Origin: a virus
Lineage: Duplodnaviria > Caudoviricetes
IMG/VR virus record: IMGVR_UViG_2140918008_000001
Location: 3,491 to 67,490 of that record
DNA length: 64,000 bases
Direction: 5' to 3' (one strand)
Below, piece by piece: positions 61,414-64,000 of this stretch. Position numbers and translations under genes: made by a program. Below the pieces are notes generated by a model that was not told the origin of the DNA, did not search any database, and saw only the letters and a list, made by a program, of their open reading frames with translations. Position 1 is the stretch's first letter. Every line of letters starts with the position of its first letter.

Positions 61414-61740
61414 ATGAAAAAACAAATTATCAATATCCGACTATATCAAGATGAAGTAGGTGTAAAAGGTGCGCTATTTTCTATTCAGGCTGTAGAATGG
61501 TCTAACTCTTATGGGGCACGTATTTTCATTGATAAACGTGCAAAGGATAGTTTATGGTACTCCACTGAATTTTCAAGCGGTATGAATCTTACTCATGCTA
61601 AAACCAGAACAGAAATGCTTATGAGAATCCAGGTAGTGTTAGATCAACCTGATAAACTGATAGAATTTCATAGACAGGTTGAAGTTAATATCCAGAAATA
61701 TGGATATGCCAATAAAAATGAACTATGTGGAGTGCAATAA
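61414..61740 (+). CDS. hypothetical protein
   Basis: AAGGTGCA before ATG. Confidence 0.6.
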   Translation: MKKQIINIRLYQDEVGVKGALFSIQAVEWSNSYGARIFIDKRAKDSLWYSTEFSSGMNLTHAKTRTEMLMRIQVVLDQPDKLIEFHRQVEVNIQKYGYANKNELCGVQ

Positions 61741-62027
61741 TGATTAACTATCTTGATTATAAACACTTATCCAGAAAACAGGCTCATGCTATCTTAAAGG
61801 AACTGATAAAAATAGGCAAAATTAATCCTAACCTGAAACACTTCAAAACCACTTATGAGCATAATGAACGAGGGGATTATGGAATAGATGAACTATATTA
61901 CTATTCAGATCGTATCTTCTTTGTTATCTCTGTAGATGGTGCAAGGCAAAGTATAGAATATTTTGCTCCTGCTGACTATGAGATTATTTTAGAAATCGCT
62001 AAAAACGATGCAAAAAAGGAAATGTAA
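61740..62027 (+). CDS. hypothetical protein
   Basis: ATG 61740 after GGAGTGCA. Confidence 0.55.
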   Translation: MINYLDYKHLSRKQAHAILKELIKIGKINPNLKHFKTTYEHNERGDYGIDELYYYSDRIFFVISVDGARQSIEYFAPADYEIILEIAKNDAKKEM

Positions 62028-62029
62028 AG

Positions 62030-62242
62030 ATGAAAACACATAAGTTTAATTATCCTGCTGTAGTACGTAAAATTGGATATAATCCTGCTCTTGGTGGGCC
62101 AGAATATTCAGGTTATTATCTATGTGCTGATGGTAATATCTGGTATGTTCCAGGAGTTAGTATATCTCGCAGTAATTGTGGAACATACGAGGAAATGATT
62201 AAGTCTTTTCGAATCACTTTATTAGATCAAAAGGAAGTGTAA
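62030..62242 (+). CDS. hypothetical protein
   Basis: AAGGA RBS. Confidence 0.5.
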   Translation: MKTHKFNYPAVVRKIGYNPALGGPEYSGYYLCADGNIWYVPGVSISRSNCGTYEEMIKSFRITLLDQKEV

Positions 62243-62244
62243 CC

Positions 62245-62394
62245 ATGTGTAAAATTGTTTTTACTAAACAAGGCCGTATCTGCCCGTCCTGCTTAGGTAG
62301 GAAGTATAAACTGTACTATCGACACGGAAACGAGAAAGCTTATCGGCGAGCTTGCCCCACTTGTCGTGGAACTGGTGTAATTTCTAACGTATAA
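62245..62394 (+). CDS. 49-aa zinc-ribbon protein
   Basis: CPSCLG...CPTCRGTG. Confidence 0.55.
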   Translation: MCKIVFTKQGRICPSCLGRKYKLYYRHGNEKAYRRACPTCRGTGVISNV

Positions 62395-62423
62395 TGTGCA
62401 AAATAGAAAAGGAGATAAAGAAT

Positions 62424-62603
62424 ATGGCAAGAACATATAGTATGACATTCAAGTTTTTTAACACAGAAGAACAAGCAAAAGCATTTTGTGCCAATGAAAA
62501 CTTAATAAAATACATCAGAAAAAACCATCCTGCTCATTACACATCTTGGAGCAGTCAAAATGGAACAGAAAATTTATTTGTAGCCTGGTATGCAACAAGA
62601 TGA
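62424..62603 (+). CDS. hypothetical protein
   Basis: AAGGAG RBS; MARTYS start. Confidence 0.5.
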   Translation: MARTYSMTFKFFNTEEQAKAFCANENLIKYIRKNHPAHYTSWSSQNGTENLFVAWYATR

Positions 62604-62632
62604 AAGATTTAAAACACAAAGGAGATGACACA

Positions 62633-62821
62633 ATGTCAACTAATCAACATCTATCTAAAGGTAAGTGGGTTAGTACACCTGCTGGAGTACATCATGTGTC
62701 TACTAAGCCAATAACATCAAGCTGCTGTCTCTGGCAAGTTTTATTCTACCTGGCCTGTATAGTGGCGATATACCTGTTTATTGTGATCGCTCATGCTGAC
62801 CTGGTTTACTATTTTCGTTAA
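62633..62821 (+). CDS. small membrane protein
   Basis: AAGGAG RBS; C-terminal TM helix. Confidence 0.5.
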   Translation: MSTNQHLSKGKWVSTPAGVHHVSTKPITSSCCLWQVLFYLACIVAIYLFIVIAHADLVYYFR

Positions 62822-62842
62822 TTCAATCGAAAGGAGTGCAAA

Positions 62843-63049
62843 ATGAAAACAGATTATGAAACAATGATTCAAATATTGGATAATACTAACATAGCATATG
62901 CTACTGAAGTAGATATGTTATGTTACATAGAAGTGAAATATATACAAAATGCAAAACTCATTTCTATTGAGCATGGGTATAGTGGTTTTTACACTAATTT
63001 CACTTTTGATGAATTAGGTAAATTATTAGATGTTTCTGCATACGAATAA
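62843..63049 (+). CDS. hypothetical protein
   Basis: AAGGAGTGCA before ATG. Confidence 0.55.
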   Translation: MKTDYETMIQILDNTNIAYATEVDMLCYIEVKYIQNAKLISIEHGYSGFYTNFTFDELGKLLDVSAYE

Positions 63050-63060
63050 GGAGCACAAAA

Positions 63061-63270
63061 ATGAAAATTGATATTATTTGGAATAAAGAGGAAGTTGAGT
63101 TGGATAAGAGAAGTGATCGGCCTGGGAATAACCTATACTTGGATAGTGTCCTGTGGGGTGTTGCTATCAATAATATGTGTAATCCTACCCTGCTGGTACT
63201 ATTAATGGAAATCAATAAAGAGTTGAATCAAAAGAAAACAAAGAAAGGAATTAAACATGAATATAAATAA
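63061..63270 (+). CDS. hypothetical protein
   Basis: AAGGAG RBS. Confidence 0.5.
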   Translation: MKIDIIWNKEEVELDKRSDRPGNNLYLDSVLWGVAINNMCNPTLLVLLMEINKELNQKKTKKGIKHEYK

Positions 63271-63544
63271 GGACGTATCTAACGCTATTGATGATCTTAT
63301 CCAGGCCGCTAAAGAAGTTGGCAAACTGTCAGAACAAAATGTAGCTGGTCAACCCTGGGCGACAATGGCCGAAAGAAACTTGAAATTGTGTGTCTGGTGC
63401 TTAGAAGAGATGATCGAGCGGCAACTGGATAGTGCAAATGCGTTGGGTGCAAAGGAACAATTAGAAAAACTAAATACTATGGCAACTAGTCCTGATCGAG
63501 ATTTTTCAATTGGGTGGAAACTTCTTGATAAAACTGGTGCTTGA
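63257..63544 (+). CDS. hypothetical protein
   Basis: AAGGA RBS. Confidence 0.55.
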   Translation: MNINKDVSNAIDDLIQAAKEVGKLSEQNVAGQPWATMAERNLKLCVWCLEEMIERQLDSANALGAKEQLEKLNTMATSPDRDFSIGWKLLDKTGA

Positions 63545-63569
63545 CATACAGTAAACAATGATTTATAAT
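63541..63569 (+). promoter_or_regulatory. consensus sigma70 promoter
   Basis: TTGACA-17-TATAAT; shares TTGACATACAGTRAACA with the 49778 promoter. Confidence 0.8.
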
Positions 63570-63599
63570 CTACTATAACAAAAGAAAGGATACCATAAT

Positions 63600-64000
63600 A
63601 TGTGTAACTTTTTCTCAATTGTAACTGATCCCGAAAACTGCGCCGGAAAGCGTTTTTATTTTGACTGGGAATGGCGCAAGGCGCACATCGACGCCGAGAA
63701 CGATAGCCATTCGACCATCTGCAAGCATTTTGGACTGGCAGAGGACGTATGTAATAAATTTGAGTACAACCCACTGACCAAAGAATTTGTCGTCGACCAG
63801 ATCAACAGCCCTACGAATGATCGGGCGCAGGTCGAGGAGTGGTTCAGTAACCTGGACTACAAGCGGATCGTTGAGCCGTTAATTATCAAGTCGATAACCC
63901 GCCCGTTTGATCTACTGGAGGTGACGGTTACGGACGAGCATATTCAACTATTAAAAGATTGGGCCAGCGTGGGGGACAGCGTGTGGGCCAGCGTGTGGGC
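63600..64000 (+). CDS. partial CDS running into a tetrapeptide (12-nt) repeat region
   Basis: MCNFFSIVTDP..DSHSTI..NKFEYNPLT...KDWASVGDSVWASVW; GC-richer than flanks; truncated by window end. Confidence 0.7.
   Translation, partial: MCNFFSIVTDPENCAGKRFYFDWEWRKAHIDAENDSHSTICKHFGLAEDVCNKFEYNPLTKEFVVDQINSPTNDRAQVEEWFSNLDYKRIVEPLIIKSITRPFDLLEVTVTDEHIQLLKDWASVGDSVWASVW

Noticed and set aside
1-64000. CRISPR array, diversity-generating retroelement, integrase or IS element
   Set aside because: No regularly spaced repeats, no reverse transcriptase motif, no adenine-only variable repeat pair, and no recombinase or transposase motif recognised. The palindromes are kilobases apart.

Overview
The window is about 64 kb of an AT-rich tailed dsDNA phage genome, probably siphovirus-like (851-aa tape measure, no sheath gene recognised). 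The host cannot be determined from the sequence. Layout: 1-10.9 kb (+) replication and recombination (DnaB-like helicase, PolA, UDG-like protein, RecA-like protein, RfbH-like sugar dehydrase, two HNH endonucleases). 10.8-48.6 kb (-) is one long late block: RuvC-like resolvase, tail genes, head-tail connectors, seven glycosyltransferases plus an RmlD-like reductase, lysis genes, ferritin, major capsid, ChaB-protease-scaffold, portal-MuF fusion, adenine MTase and terminase. 48.6-52 kb (+) holds an HNH gene, a cluster of structured non-coding RNAs with tRNA-Arg(UCU), and small genes. 52-56.9 kb (-) holds a LamG/SGNH cassette and a C5 MTase. 57.3-64 kb (+) holds small early-type genes. The most unusual signals are non-coding: (1) four free-standing HNH genes share an interleaved A-B-C-B'-A'-C' stem leader that ends at or over the RBS; (2) a promoter-driven array of about seven stem-closed RNA modules, two of them tRNA mimics with expanded anticodon or variable regions; (3) a roughly 280-nt group-I-core-like RNA directly behind an HNH; (4) a 15-bp palindrome, TTGACACWGTGTCAA, found at least 17 times in promoters and inside genes. 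All protein family calls and helices come from motif recognition by eye; no database search or folding program was run.
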